Source of the DNA: Pyrinomonadaceae bacterium
Lineage (GTDB): Bacteria > Acidobacteriota > Blastocatellia > Pyrinomonadales > Pyrinomonadaceae
Assembly (NCBI GenBank): GCA_041394785.1
Contig: JAWKHO010000014.1
Coordinates: forward strand, 20,101 to 84,100
Reading direction: 5' to 3'
Length of the DNA stretch: 64,000 bases
Of this stretch, positions 46,577-55,466 are shown one piece after another. How positions within the stretch are numbered: position 1 is the first letter of the stretch; each line of letters starts with the position of its first letter. The position numbers were made by a program, and so were the translations under genes. The notes under the pieces were generated by a model that searched no databases, had not been told where the DNA came from, and was given only the letters and a program-made list of their open reading frames with translations.

Positions 46577-49414
46577 TTAATTTTGAGAATTCAGTACGCG
46601 GGTCAGTTCTTCGGACCAATTAACGACGACATTCACCGTTTTCGGAAGTGTTCCGTATTCGTCTCTGACCATCAGGAATTTTTCGCCGTCGGGTGAAATG
46701 TCAAAACTCGTCAGATATTTCCCTTCAAACAACAGTTTCTTATCCGCGCTGTTAAAGACACCCGAACCATCTGTGGTCACGGAGTAAAACTTATTTGCGC
46801 TCCGGTAAAACAGCTCTTTTCCGGCCGGCGACCAAACCGGGAACATCCCGCCGTCGGAAGTTACAGGGACTTTCCTGCGGCCGGCGTCTAAGGAAAGCGC
46901 ATAGATCTGCGGAACGCCCGTATCCATCGAGAAGTACGCCAGCCAGCGTCCGTCAGGTGAAAAACGGGGAGTGTCTTCGCGGAATTTTGTCGCAACAACG
47001 GCTTCTGTCTTTCCGCTTTCAAGAGATCTTGTGACGATGTCAGTATTTCCCTGTGCATCCGCTTTTGTCAGAGAAATGATCTTTTCGGTCGGGTGATGCG
47101 AGTAGGGAATTATTCTGTACTGGTTTTCGGCAAGCTTTTCGGCTTCTCCGGTGCCGTCCGCTCTTTTCCGGTAAACCGCAAACGAATTGTCTTTTTCGGT
47201 GGAATAAATAACTGATTCACCGTCTTCCGACCACATCGGAATTTCGTTTTTTCCGTCATCGGTAATCCGCGTTCCGATCTTTGTTTTCAGATCGTAAACC
47301 CAGATGTCCTCGCCGAATGAGACTGCGACGCGCGTTCCGTCCGGCGAGATCCGCGGAGAACTAAAATCTCCTTTCTTTTCAAACGCCGGAGTTTCGCGTC
47401 CGTTTCGGTCTACCCAGACGAGCTGATTGTTTGTCCGTGAGATCGACGGCAGATATAGAAGCGTTCCGTTTTCCGAAACGTTTACATTTGGAAACATTCC
47501 AAAGAGTCCGGGCTGAACGAGCACCGGTTTGCCGGTCGCGGTAAGAGAATTGAGATCAAAAGGTATCGCCATCAGCTGACTCCCGCGCGCGAACGCGATA
47601 TGTCCCGTATCAACATAATTCGGCGAAACCGCCTGCCCGGCTTCTTCAATATATTTGGAAGAACTATCCGCGATCGTAAACACGCCGATCCTGGTTGTAC
47701 CATTTAGCGCCGCGGTAAATATCAGCGCCTTCCCGCCGGGAAGCAATTTCGGATCGTAGTGTTCCGTTTCGCCCTTTGATTTATCGACTTCGGTGAGAAA
47801 ACGGGGAGTGCCGCCGTCCGCCGAAACAGCAAATATCCCTTTGCCGGTGCTCGAATAGATATTGTTGTCTTCGCCCCAGTATCCGCCGCGAATCCCGGTG
47901 CAGGAATCGCAGATCGTAACCGGATTTCCGCCTTCGAGCGAGACCTTTCTCAGACCCTCGGTCTTTGTCGAAAATGCGATCCACTTGCTGTCAGGCGAAA
48001 AGAATGCGAGATTTCCGCCTTCGGTACCGGCGATCGGTTTTGTTTCAAAACTGCTCAAAGAGCGCACGTAAAATCTCACGCCATCATTGCCGAATTTCGG
48101 AATCACAAGGCTTTTACCGTCCGGAGACAACCGGCTGCTGGTCACATTGAGATTTAGCGAACTGTCAGGCGTAAACTGAAATTTTGTGACCTCGGGCGCT
48201 GCGGCCGAACTACGCGACAGGAAATACCATCCTGAAAGTGCTCCAAGCAAAATTACCGCACCAAGCAGCGAATATAGAACTATCAGCGAAACACCTCTGT
48301 CTCCGCGATAGGAAATATTATCGGGTTTTGATAATGAAGCACCCGAATCAAGCGCGGACCGCGTTTCGCTTAGCATCAGCCTGACCTCTCTCATTGACTG
48401 ATAACGGTAACGCGGATCCTTGCTGAGACATTTCATTATCAAGCGCGAAAGCAAATACGGCGCTTCCGGTTTGAGATCGGAAACAGGTGCCGGCTCCTTC
48501 GTCATAAGCTCGCTGACAACCGATGCATAGCTGTCGCCGTTAAACGGGCGAACTCCCGTCAGTGCCATATACATAACAACGCCAAAACTAAAAATATCGC
48601 TGCGGTGATCTATTTGTTTTCCCTCCGCCTGTTCGGGCGACATATAGGCAGGTGTTCCGAGTATCTGTCCGGTCTTTGTCAGTTCGAGTGTGGAAGCGCT
48701 TCCCTGTGCATTTGACCTTTCCATCCGCGCCAGACCAAAATCCAGAAGTTTCGGAGTTCCGGCAGGCGTGATCATAATATTGTTCGGCTTGATGTCGCGG
48801 TGAACTATTCCCTTCTCGTGTGCGTGCGAAAGCGCATCGGCGATCGCGGTAAACCAATCGAGGAACGTCCGCTGATCAAGTCCGCCGGGGGGAATTAATT
48901 TGCCGAGCGGTTCGCCTTCAACGTATTCCATCGTGATAAAAAACTGATCTTCATCCGTCTGCTCGACCGAATAAACGGTTGCGACATTGGCGTGGTTCAG
49001 ATTTGCTGCGGCTTTTGCTTCGGTAATAAATCTTTTTACAAAGTCGGATTCGGGTGCGTATGAGACTGGGATCGTTTTGATCGCGATCGGACGGTTTAAT
49101 TTTGAATCATTTGCGAGATAGACCTTTCCCATCCCTCCTGAACCGAGCAAGGAAACGATCTCATAATGTCCGATGTTTTCACCCGTCAGAGACCGGTGCA
49201 AATTTCCGTCAAGAAGATCTCCGGCATCTTCGGCTGCATTTCCGCCGATAAACGTTCCGGCTTCATCATTCGCGGCGAGAAGCGTTTCAACCTGGTGGCG
49301 CAGGGATTCATCTTCCGCGCAGGCTTTCTCCAGAAAAGCCTTCTGCTTATCGGGTTCGAGGTCGAGAACCGACTGAAAAACCTCATTGATCTTTTGCCAT
49401 CGTTCGGGGGTCAT
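46577..49414 (-). CDS. Ser/Thr protein kinase with one TM segment and a TolB-like beta-propeller (PD40/WD40-like repeats)
   Basis: GSGGMGKVY, HRDIKPNN and GTPAYMSPE. Later repeats: FSPDSKWIAFS, ISPDGTRVAVS, FSPDGRWLAYFS. Confidence 0.9.
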   Translation of the reverse strand: MTPERWQKINEVFQSVLDLEPDKQKAFLEKACAEDESLRHQVETLLAANDEAGTFIGGNAAEDAGDLLDGNLHRSLTGENIGHYEIVSLLGSGGMGKVYLANDSKLNRPIAIKTIPVSYAPESDFVKRFITEAKAAANLNHANVATVYSVEQTDEDQFFITMEYVEGEPLGKLIPPGGLDQRTFLDWFTAIADALSHAHEKGIVHRDIKPNNIMITPAGTPKLLDFGLARMERSNAQGSASTLELTKTGQILGTPAYMSPEQAEGKQIDHRSDIFSFGVVMYMALTGVRPFNGDSYASVVSELMTKEPAPVSDLKPEAPYLLSRLIMKCLSKDPRYRYQSMREVRLMLSETRSALDSGASLSKPDNISYRGDRGVSLIVLYSLLGAVILLGALSGWYFLSRSSAAAPEVTKFQFTPDSSLNLNVTSSRLSPDGKSLVIPKFGNDGVRFYVRSLSSFETKPIAGTEGGNLAFFSPDSKWIAFSTKTEGLRKVSLEGGNPVTICDSCTGIRGGYWGEDNNIYSSTGKGIFAVSADGGTPRFLTEVDKSKGETEHYDPKLLPGGKALIFTAALNGTTRIGVFTIADSSSKYIEEAGQAVSPNYVDTGHIAFARGSQLMAIPFDLNSLTATGKPVLVQPGLFGMFPNVNVSENGTLLYLPSISRTNNQLVWVDRNGRETPAFEKKGDFSSPRISPDGTRVAVSFGEDIWVYDLKTKIGTRITDDGKNEIPMWSEDGESVIYSTEKDNSFAVYRKRADGTGEAEKLAENQYRIIPYSHHPTEKIISLTKADAQGNTDIVTRSLESGKTEAVVATKFREDTPRFSPDGRWLAYFSMDTGVPQIYALSLDAGRRKVPVTSDGGMFPVWSPAGKELFYRSANKFYSVTTDGSGVFNSADKKLLFEGKYLTSFDISPDGEKFLMVRDEYGTLPKTVNVVVNWSEELTRVLNSQN

Positions 49415-49423
49415 ATCAGCAAA

Positions 49424-49990
49424 TTATCTATTTAGCTCGCGAAAAAGCCATGCTCTGGCTATCTTCCAATCGCGTCTTACCGTTCGTTCGGAAATTTCTA
49501 ACGCCTCAGCGATCTCTTTTTCATTCATTCCGCCAAAATATCTCATTTCAACTATCTGCGACTGGCGTTCGTTCATCCCGGCAAGTTCCTTCAAAGCTTC
49601 ATCCAGTGCGATCAGATCCGTATCTTTTCCGCCGGTGACGGGAAGACCTTCATCAAAAGTAACTTTCGGATCGCCGCCGCCGCGCTTATTCGCATTTTTT
49701 GCACGGGCAAAATCTACAAGAATGCGTCTCATCAGCTGAGCGGAGATGGCAAAAAAATGTGTTCGGTTTTGCCAGTTTACGCGGCTCGAATCTATCAATC
49801 GCAGGTAGGCTTCATTGACGAGCGCCGTCGTTTGCAGTGTGTGATCCGGCTTTTGATTGCGCATATAGTTTCGCGCCAGTTTGCGGAGTTCGTCGTAAAC
49901 GAACGGCATCAACTGATCAAAGGCCCGCTTATCCCCATCACCCCAGGCTACAAGCAGCTGCGTTATTTCTTGTGGCGCGGTCTTGGTCAT
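49424..49990 (-). CDS. ECF sigma factor (TIGR02999 / Sig-70_X6 type)
   Basis: ITQLLVAWGDGDKRAFDQLMPFVYDELRKLA...HTLQTTALVNEAYLRL. The region 4 HTH is EIAEALEISERTVRRDW. The ORF is open to 50008. Confidence 0.85.
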   Translation of the reverse strand: MTKTAPQEITQLLVAWGDGDKRAFDQLMPFVYDELRKLARNYMRNQKPDHTLQTTALVNEAYLRLIDSSRVNWQNRTHFFAISAQLMRRILVDFARAKNANKRGGGDPKVTFDEGLPVTGGKDTDLIALDEALKELAGMNERQSQIVEMRYFGGMNEKEIAEALEISERTVRRDWKIARAWLFRELNR

Positions 49991-50173
49991 AAAAGTTTTC
50001 CGGCGCAAATAACACTTAAAACGGTATGTTTAATTGGCTTCCAAAGTTTAGCATACGTCTGAACCAGCGCTTAAACAAAATTTCCTGCGACTGCTTTGTC
50101 CTGTTTCTCCGCCAAATCCCGTCTTTATGTTTGGAACTCATTAGTTCAAATAAGCATATTTTAAGGAGCAATT

Positions 50174-50644
50174 ATGGCAAAGATAATAAGAATAAACGGA
50201 TGTGATGAGATCAATGTCGACCGTCCGGTCGGGAAGGGCGGCGTGAATCTGAGAGAAGATGTAATGGTTATTCAGGCGATGCTCAAGTACGCGCTTGAAG
50301 GAAGATCCTATTTTCAGGGAGACTTTTTTCCGATGCCGAGCGGCGTGATGGATAAAGATACGCTGACCCTGATCGAGGCTTATCAGACGTTTCTCAGAAG
50401 AGAATGCGGCCGCAAGGTTTCGGTCGACGGCAGGATCGACCCGGCAAAAGGGATCTTCGTCAGCGACAGGCGAACCCTAACGTGGACCATTAGTCAGCTA
50501 AACGCGCATGCGCAGGAGGTACATCTATATTCAAGCAAAGGCGGCGGCCGGAATTATCTCGCCGGGATCAGAAACATGTATCCGCAGGTGGATGCGATCC
50601 TTTCAAAAACCGCGGTCGGTACATTAAGCCTCGCGCTTTCATAG
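50174..50644 (+). CDS. Hypothetical protein
   Basis: The ORF has a plausible RBS (aaggag upstream of the ATG). There is weak resemblance to a peptidoglycan-binding-like helical domain (VMVIQAML...TLTLIEAYQTFL). Confidence 0.4.
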   Translation: MAKIIRINGCDEINVDRPVGKGGVNLREDVMVIQAMLKYALEGRSYFQGDFFPMPSGVMDKDTLTLIEAYQTFLRRECGRKVSVDGRIDPAKGIFVSDRRTLTWTISQLNAHAQEVHLYSSKGGGRNYLAGIRNMYPQVDAILSKTAVGTLSLALS

Positions 50645-50708
50645 CTGATACCCATTCGGAGTTAATCAATCCAAAACCAAAGGCTGCGCATTTCAAAGAT
50701 CTGCGCGG

Positions 50709-50842
50709 CCTTTTCCCTTTTTAACTTTTTCACTTTTTTTCTTTCCCCTTTCCCCTTTCCCCTTTTATCCTTTTCCACTTTTTCACTTTTTAACCTTTTA
50801 ACTTTTTTCCTTTTTTAACTTTTTAACTTTTTTTCTTTCCCC
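50709..50842 (+). other. 134-nt G-free pyrimidine-rich tract
   Basis: There is no G between 50709 and 50842 on the plus strand. The tract is built from ttttaac, cacttttt and tcccctt motifs, and follows the hairpin ggctgcgca...tgcgcggcc. Confidence 0.9.
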
Positions 50843-50932
50843 GTGTCCTGATTTCCCCCGCCTTTCCGTCTTAACAAATAACGGCGAAAAATTATCGCTA
50901 AGCATTAATAAAAATAATCGGAGAAAAATAAA

Positions 50933-51991
50933 ATGAATATCAATGAAGAAAAATTGCACAACTTGTTAGGAAAATTTGTCGGAGACCTCGGCGCTACGAT
51001 GTCTGCCGGAACGATCGTTATCGGAGAAAAACTGGGGCTTTATAAAGCTATGCGCGACGCCGGAAAGGCGGTCACGTCCGCAGAACTCGCCGATCTGACC
51101 GACACAAAAGAACGCTATGTTCGGGAATGGCTCAATTCGCAGGCGGCAAGCGGGTACGTTGAATATGACGCCGAAAGCAGAAGCTATTTTATGACGGATG
51201 AACAGACCTTCGTGATGACCGACGAATCAAGCGCGGCATATCTCCCGGGTGCCTTCATTCTGGCCACGGCGGCACTTCAGGCGACGCCGAAGATAACGGA
51301 AAGATTCAAATCCGGCGAAGGAATGGGCTGGCATGAGCACGATCACGGTCTGTTTTGCGGAACCGAATTATTTTTCCGTCCCGGCTACGGCGCACATTTG
51401 GTAAAAGACTGGATCCCTTCGCTTGAAGGAGTTGAAGAAAAACTCAAAGCAGGCGCGAAGGTTGCCGATATCGGATGCGGACACGGTGCTTCTACTATCC
51501 TGATGGCGCAGGCTTTCCCGAATTCCAGATTCTACGGTTTTGATTATCACGAAGATTCGATCCTCACCGCACGGGCAAAAGCGGAAGTGGCCGGCGTTTC
51601 GGACCGCGTGATTTTCGAGGTGGCGAGTTCTACATCATATCCGGGAAAAGACTTCGATCTTGTTACATCTTTCGACTGTCTGCACGATATGGGTGATCCG
51701 GTCGGTGCATCCGCCTACGTAAAAGCTTCGCTAGCGGAAGACGGAACGTGGCTGATCGTCGAACCGTTCGCAGGCGATACTCCGGAAAGCAATCACAATC
51801 CGGTCGGACGAATCTTCTATTCGGCTTCGACTTTGGTCTGCACGCCCGCTTCGCTCTCCCAGGAAGTCGGCCTCGCACTCGGAGCACAAGCCGGCGAACA
51901 GCGTTTGAGAGAAGTTGTAACCGAAGGTGGTTTCAGCTCGCTCAGAAGAACAACCGAAACGCCATTCAATATAATTTTGGAAGTTAAGTAG
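50933..51991 (+). CDS. Class I SAM-dependent methyltransferase
   Basis: Motif I VADIGCGHGAS, followed by an acidic FDYHE loop. 352 aa. Confidence 0.8.
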   Translation: MNINEEKLHNLLGKFVGDLGATMSAGTIVIGEKLGLYKAMRDAGKAVTSAELADLTDTKERYVREWLNSQAASGYVEYDAESRSYFMTDEQTFVMTDESSAAYLPGAFILATAALQATPKITERFKSGEGMGWHEHDHGLFCGTELFFRPGYGAHLVKDWIPSLEGVEEKLKAGAKVADIGCGHGASTILMAQAFPNSRFYGFDYHEDSILTARAKAEVAGVSDRVIFEVASSTSYPGKDFDLVTSFDCLHDMGDPVGASAYVKASLAEDGTWLIVEPFAGDTPESNHNPVGRIFYSASTLVCTPASLSQEVGLALGAQAGEQRLREVVTEGGFSSLRRTTETPFNIILEVK

Positions 51992-52021
51992 TTTTCGGCA
52001 GGAAGGTAGTTTGGGAAAAAG

Positions 52022-52049
52022 GCAGGCGAGATCGCCTGCTCTTTTTTTT
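52022..52049 (+). terminator. Rho-independent terminator after the methyltransferase gene
   Basis: gcaggcg-agat-cgcctgc followed by tctttttttt. Confidence 0.75.
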
Positions 52050-52243
52050 GGGGTTCGGGAGAACTTAAAAGTCCACTAATATCCACTGTGCACCAAACTT
52101 CTGTTTATCTTCCAAATTCCAAAAAAAGGAAAAATGATAGCATTAGAAGGATTTAATAATTTCAGCCGTTAGTTTATTTGCATGCTCAAAACCAAAGGCG
52201 CTGCACTTTTACAGTCGCCGCAGCCGATCTAATCATTTGTTAA

Positions 52244-53251
52244 ATGGGCCAGATAACATCATTGTTTGTTAGAAAAGTTATCGGCATCGCCGACGACAAG
52301 ATTGACAAGGAGTCATTGCTGCGGCCGATGGGGATCGATCTGAATAGTTCCCCCGATCCCAAACTGATGGTCCCGGCAGCGGATTATTATTCGTTCCTCG
52401 AAAGACTGGCAGCACTTGATAGAGATGCGATAACGATTCCTTTGCGCGCCGGAGCGGCAATGTCATGCGATGATTACGGTGCATTTGGTCTTGCGTTTAA
52501 GTCGGCAACCGATCTTCTCGGATCGTATAAACGGGCCGGACGCTATGCGCGGGCTTTAACGAATGTCACCGGTTATGAGGTCGAGATGACTCCCCGCGGC
52601 GGATTGATGCATCTTCATCGTGCCGGAAAAAGGAATCTTGGTATGCGTCTTTCCAATGAAGCAACTATCGCCAGTATTGCTTCGATCAGTCGCGAAGTCT
52701 GTACAAAAAATTTCAACCCCAAGGCGGTTTACTTCAAACATCCGAAGCCTCAGACAACAGCAAACCACAGGCGTTATTTTGGCTGCCCGGTGTATTTTAA
52801 TTCCAATAAAGATGCCCTGCTCGTCTCGCACGCGATGCTTAGGACACCGAACCGACTGGGCGATAAAAGCATTTCGAGTTTTATAGATAAACATCTTGAA
52901 TCCGAAGTGCGGGAACTTCAGGACAAAGCAGCGTTTGATCAATTGGTTTGCAAACAAATAACCAGATCATTGAGCGAAGGAGTTCCCAATGTTACGGATT
53001 TGGCCCGACACTTCGGGATGAGCAGCCGTTCTTTGCAGCGAAAACTCTCGGATCTCAACCTTACATACCGGATATTAGTAGAAAGATCCCGTCGTCTGCT
53101 TGCCGAAAAGCTTTTGCAGCAAACGGATTATTCACTAGCCGAGGTTGCTTTTATGACCGGCTTCTCCGAGCAAAGTGCTTTTGCCCGCGCTTTTAAGCGC
53201 TGGAAAGGTGAAACACCTCGCTCATACCGCGTTGAATCACTCTCAAGTTAA
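52244..53251 (+). CDS. AraC-family transcriptional regulator
   Basis: C-terminal HTH_18 region: ...LARHFGMSSRSLQRKL...VAFMTGFSEQSAFARAFKRWKGETPRSYR. Confidence 0.85.
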   Translation: MGQITSLFVRKVIGIADDKIDKESLLRPMGIDLNSSPDPKLMVPAADYYSFLERLAALDRDAITIPLRAGAAMSCDDYGAFGLAFKSATDLLGSYKRAGRYARALTNVTGYEVEMTPRGGLMHLHRAGKRNLGMRLSNEATIASIASISREVCTKNFNPKAVYFKHPKPQTTANHRRYFGCPVYFNSNKDALLVSHAMLRTPNRLGDKSISSFIDKHLESEVRELQDKAAFDQLVCKQITRSLSEGVPNVTDLARHFGMSSRSLQRKLSDLNLTYRILVERSRRLLAEKLLQQTDYSLAEVAFMTGFSEQSAFARAFKRWKGETPRSYRVESLSS

Positions 53252-53360
53252 CCTTAGATCCGATTTGGCATATTCGGTCAAAACTTTGGCATTTAGGATC
53301 AAGAAATAGCCGGGTTTTCATTGTTATAGTTTGCTTATTAACAACCAAAAGGAGCAAATT

Positions 53361-54233
53361 ATGAAAAACAAAAATAGCGGGAAAAACGAGAGAACATCAG
53401 AAACAAACGGTCTTATATTCGTGACCGGAGGAACCGGAAAGACAGGCAGCCGAATTGTAAGAGGTCTTAAGGAAAAAGGTGTTCCGGTTAGAATTGGCTC
53501 CCGTTCAGCTTCCCCGTCATTCGATTGGAGAAATGAGTCCGGCTGGGACGACTGTTTCGAGAATGTCGAATCCGCTTATATAAGTTACACCCCCGATCTG
53601 GCAGTTCCGGGAGCAACAGATTCGATTCAAAGTTTTGTCGAAAAGGCTAAACAACACGGAGTCAGGAAACTTGTTTTGTTATCCGGACGGGGTGAAGAAG
53701 AAGCTCAGGCCTGCGAAAAGATCGTTCAGGAAAGCGGTCTCGAATGGACAATTGTCCGGGCGAGCTGGTTTGATCAAAACTTTTCTGAAGGTGCATTTGT
53801 CGAAATGGTTCGGTCAGGTCAGATAACACTTCCCGCAGGAGATGCGATGGAGCCGTTCGTCGATGTGGACGATAATGCGGAAGTTGCTCTGGCAGCATTA
53901 ACCGGGTCAGGTCATTCGGGAGAGGTCTATGAAGTAACCGGTCCAAGGCTGATGAACTTTTCCGATGTTGCCTCAGACCTGTCTAAGGCGACGAACAGAT
54001 CGATCGAATATGTTCAGATCCCGCATGAAGCCTTTGTCGGTCACATCCGGGAAAGCGGTGCACCGAAAGAAGTTGTTTGGATAATGGACTATCTCTTTTC
54101 CACGGTTCTGGACGGTCGTAATTCATTTGTTACCGATGGAGTCCAGCGTGCGTTAGGCCGCGCACCAAAAGACTTTTCGGATTATGCCCGGGAGATCGTA
54201 CAAACCGGTGTTTGGGAAGCGCGGTCGCAGTGA
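53361..54233 (+). CDS. NmrA-like / atypical SDR NAD(P)-binding protein
   Basis: Rossmann motif FVTGGTGKTGSRIV. The ATG at 53361 is preceded by aaggag. Confidence 0.75.
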   Translation: MKNKNSGKNERTSETNGLIFVTGGTGKTGSRIVRGLKEKGVPVRIGSRSASPSFDWRNESGWDDCFENVESAYISYTPDLAVPGATDSIQSFVEKAKQHGVRKLVLLSGRGEEEAQACEKIVQESGLEWTIVRASWFDQNFSEGAFVEMVRSGQITLPAGDAMEPFVDVDDNAEVALAALTGSGHSGEVYEVTGPRLMNFSDVASDLSKATNRSIEYVQIPHEAFVGHIRESGAPKEVVWIMDYLFSTVLDGRNSFVTDGVQRALGRAPKDFSDYAREIVQTGVWEARSQ

Positions 54234-54682
54234 ATACTTTCAGACGAATCGTGCTTATTATTTCCGGCGTCTTGCTGTTAATAGTTGGGATCATGATCCT
54301 CCTGTTTCCACATTCTTTCTATGCTTCAAACGGAGTGATCCTGGGTGAGCAGGCGGGTCTGCTGTCTGAGATACGCGCAACGGGCGGTTTATTTGCAGGC
54401 TGCGGGATCATCTTGATAATTGGCGCGATCCGTCAAAATATAATGCGTTCTGCATTGATCCTTGCTGCACTCATTTTTGGAACATTGGGAGTCGCTCGAT
54501 TATTTAGTTTCTTAATTGACGGTATGCCGGGGTCTTCGATAGCCGCAGCCGCATTCTTAGAGATCATTATCGGAACACTTTGTGCCGTGTTGATACCGGG
54601 CGTCGGGTCGGGGCTTTCAGCGACAGAAACTGCTGCCAAAAAAGGGCAACAGTTACGAAGGAGCAATTATGGAATTGATTGA
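54230..54682 (+). CDS. Small 4-TM membrane protein (DUF4345-like)
   Basis: Hydrophobic segments. A GTG start overlaps the previous stop (GTGA). The family assignment is from memory only. Confidence 0.4.
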   Translation: MNTFRRIVLIISGVLLLIVGIMILLFPHSFYASNGVILGEQAGLLSEIRATGGLFAGCGIILIIGAIRQNIMRSALILAALIFGTLGVARLFSFLIDGMPGSSIAAAAFLEIIIGTLCAVLIPGVGSGLSATETAAKKGQQLRRSNYGID

Positions 54683-55169
54683 TATCTCTTTAATTGTGGC
54701 TACGCTGCTCACTGCGCTGGTAGCTGGTTTTTTGTTTGCTTTTTCAGTAGTCGTAATGCCGGGGATCGCTGCTCTGCGTGATCGGGATTATCTAAAGGCC
54801 TTTAAGGCTATTGACCGGGTTATTCAAAACGGTAATCCGGTCTTTGTTCTCATCTGGATCGGCTCGGCGTTGGCGATGATCGCATCCGCGTCGGTATCAA
54901 TATGGCAGCTCGAAGGTATTGACCGAATTTTGGTGTTCAGCGCTGCGATAATTTACATGCTTGGAGTCCAGCTTACTACTCTTACGATCAACGTTCCTTT
55001 GAACAACCGGCTTCAGGCGGAGGATCTGGAAAATTTACCGGAATCAGATCTTTCGGATCTGCGGAAACGATTTGAGATCCCTTGGGTTCGCTGGAACGGG
55101 ATACGGACAATTTTTGCAGCGGCTGCATCCACGATCTTGATCATCGTCTGTTTGAGAGTAGAAGGATAG
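54669..55169 (+). CDS. DUF1772 (anthrone oxygenase-like) membrane protein
   Basis: LLTALVAGFLFAFSVVVMPGI and 4 TM segments. It overlaps the previous gene by 14 nt. Confidence 0.55.
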   Translation: MELIDISLIVATLLTALVAGFLFAFSVVVMPGIAALRDRDYLKAFKAIDRVIQNGNPVFVLIWIGSALAMIASASVSIWQLEGIDRILVFSAAIIYMLGVQLTTLTINVPLNNRLQAEDLENLPESDLSDLRKRFEIPWVRWNGIRTIFAAAASTILIIVCLRVEG

Positions 55170-55184
55170 CAAAGTATTTTTTCG

Positions 55185-55286
55185 GACGGCGAACTGCGTT
55201 TGAGAGAAGTCTTAACCGAAGGCGGTTTCAGTTCGCTCAGACGGACAAGCGAAACTCCTTTTAACATTATTCTCGAGGCGAAATAA
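55185..55286 (+). pseudogene. Remnant of the last 33 codons of a methyltransferase paralog
   Basis: It translates to DGELRLREVLTEGGFSSLRRTSETPFNIILEAK*, against AGEQRLREVVTEGGFSSLRRTTETPFNIILEVK* at 51890..51991. No upstream coding continuation exists. Confidence 0.8.
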
Positions 55287-55321
55287 ATTGATAGTAGCGC
55301 CACCGTCCCGGTGGCTGTCGG

Positions 55322-55347
55322 GGCGGCATCTTGCCGCCTCTTTTTTT
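55322..55347 (+). terminator. Rho-independent terminator after the methyltransferase remnant
   Basis: ggcggca-tct-tgccgcc followed by tcttttttt. It is preceded by a second hairpin, gccacc-gtccc-ggtggc. Confidence 0.7.
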
Positions 55348-55388
55348 GTTTTTATTTTGGAAGTTCCCGACTGCTTTTCCCGAGCGTT

Positions 55389-55417
55389 TTGTCACAAAGC
55401 GATTCCAATTGTATAGT
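55389..55417 (+). promoter_or_regulatory. Candidate sigma70-type promoter for the PqqD-like/Cys-rich gene
   Basis: TTGTCA, 17 nt, TATAGT, about 50 nt upstream of the ATG at 55467, which has an aaaggag RBS. Confidence 0.45.
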
Positions 55418-55466
55418 GGAGAAGTTCAACCGAAATCAAACCTAAAACGCGAAAGGAGACAGCCTT

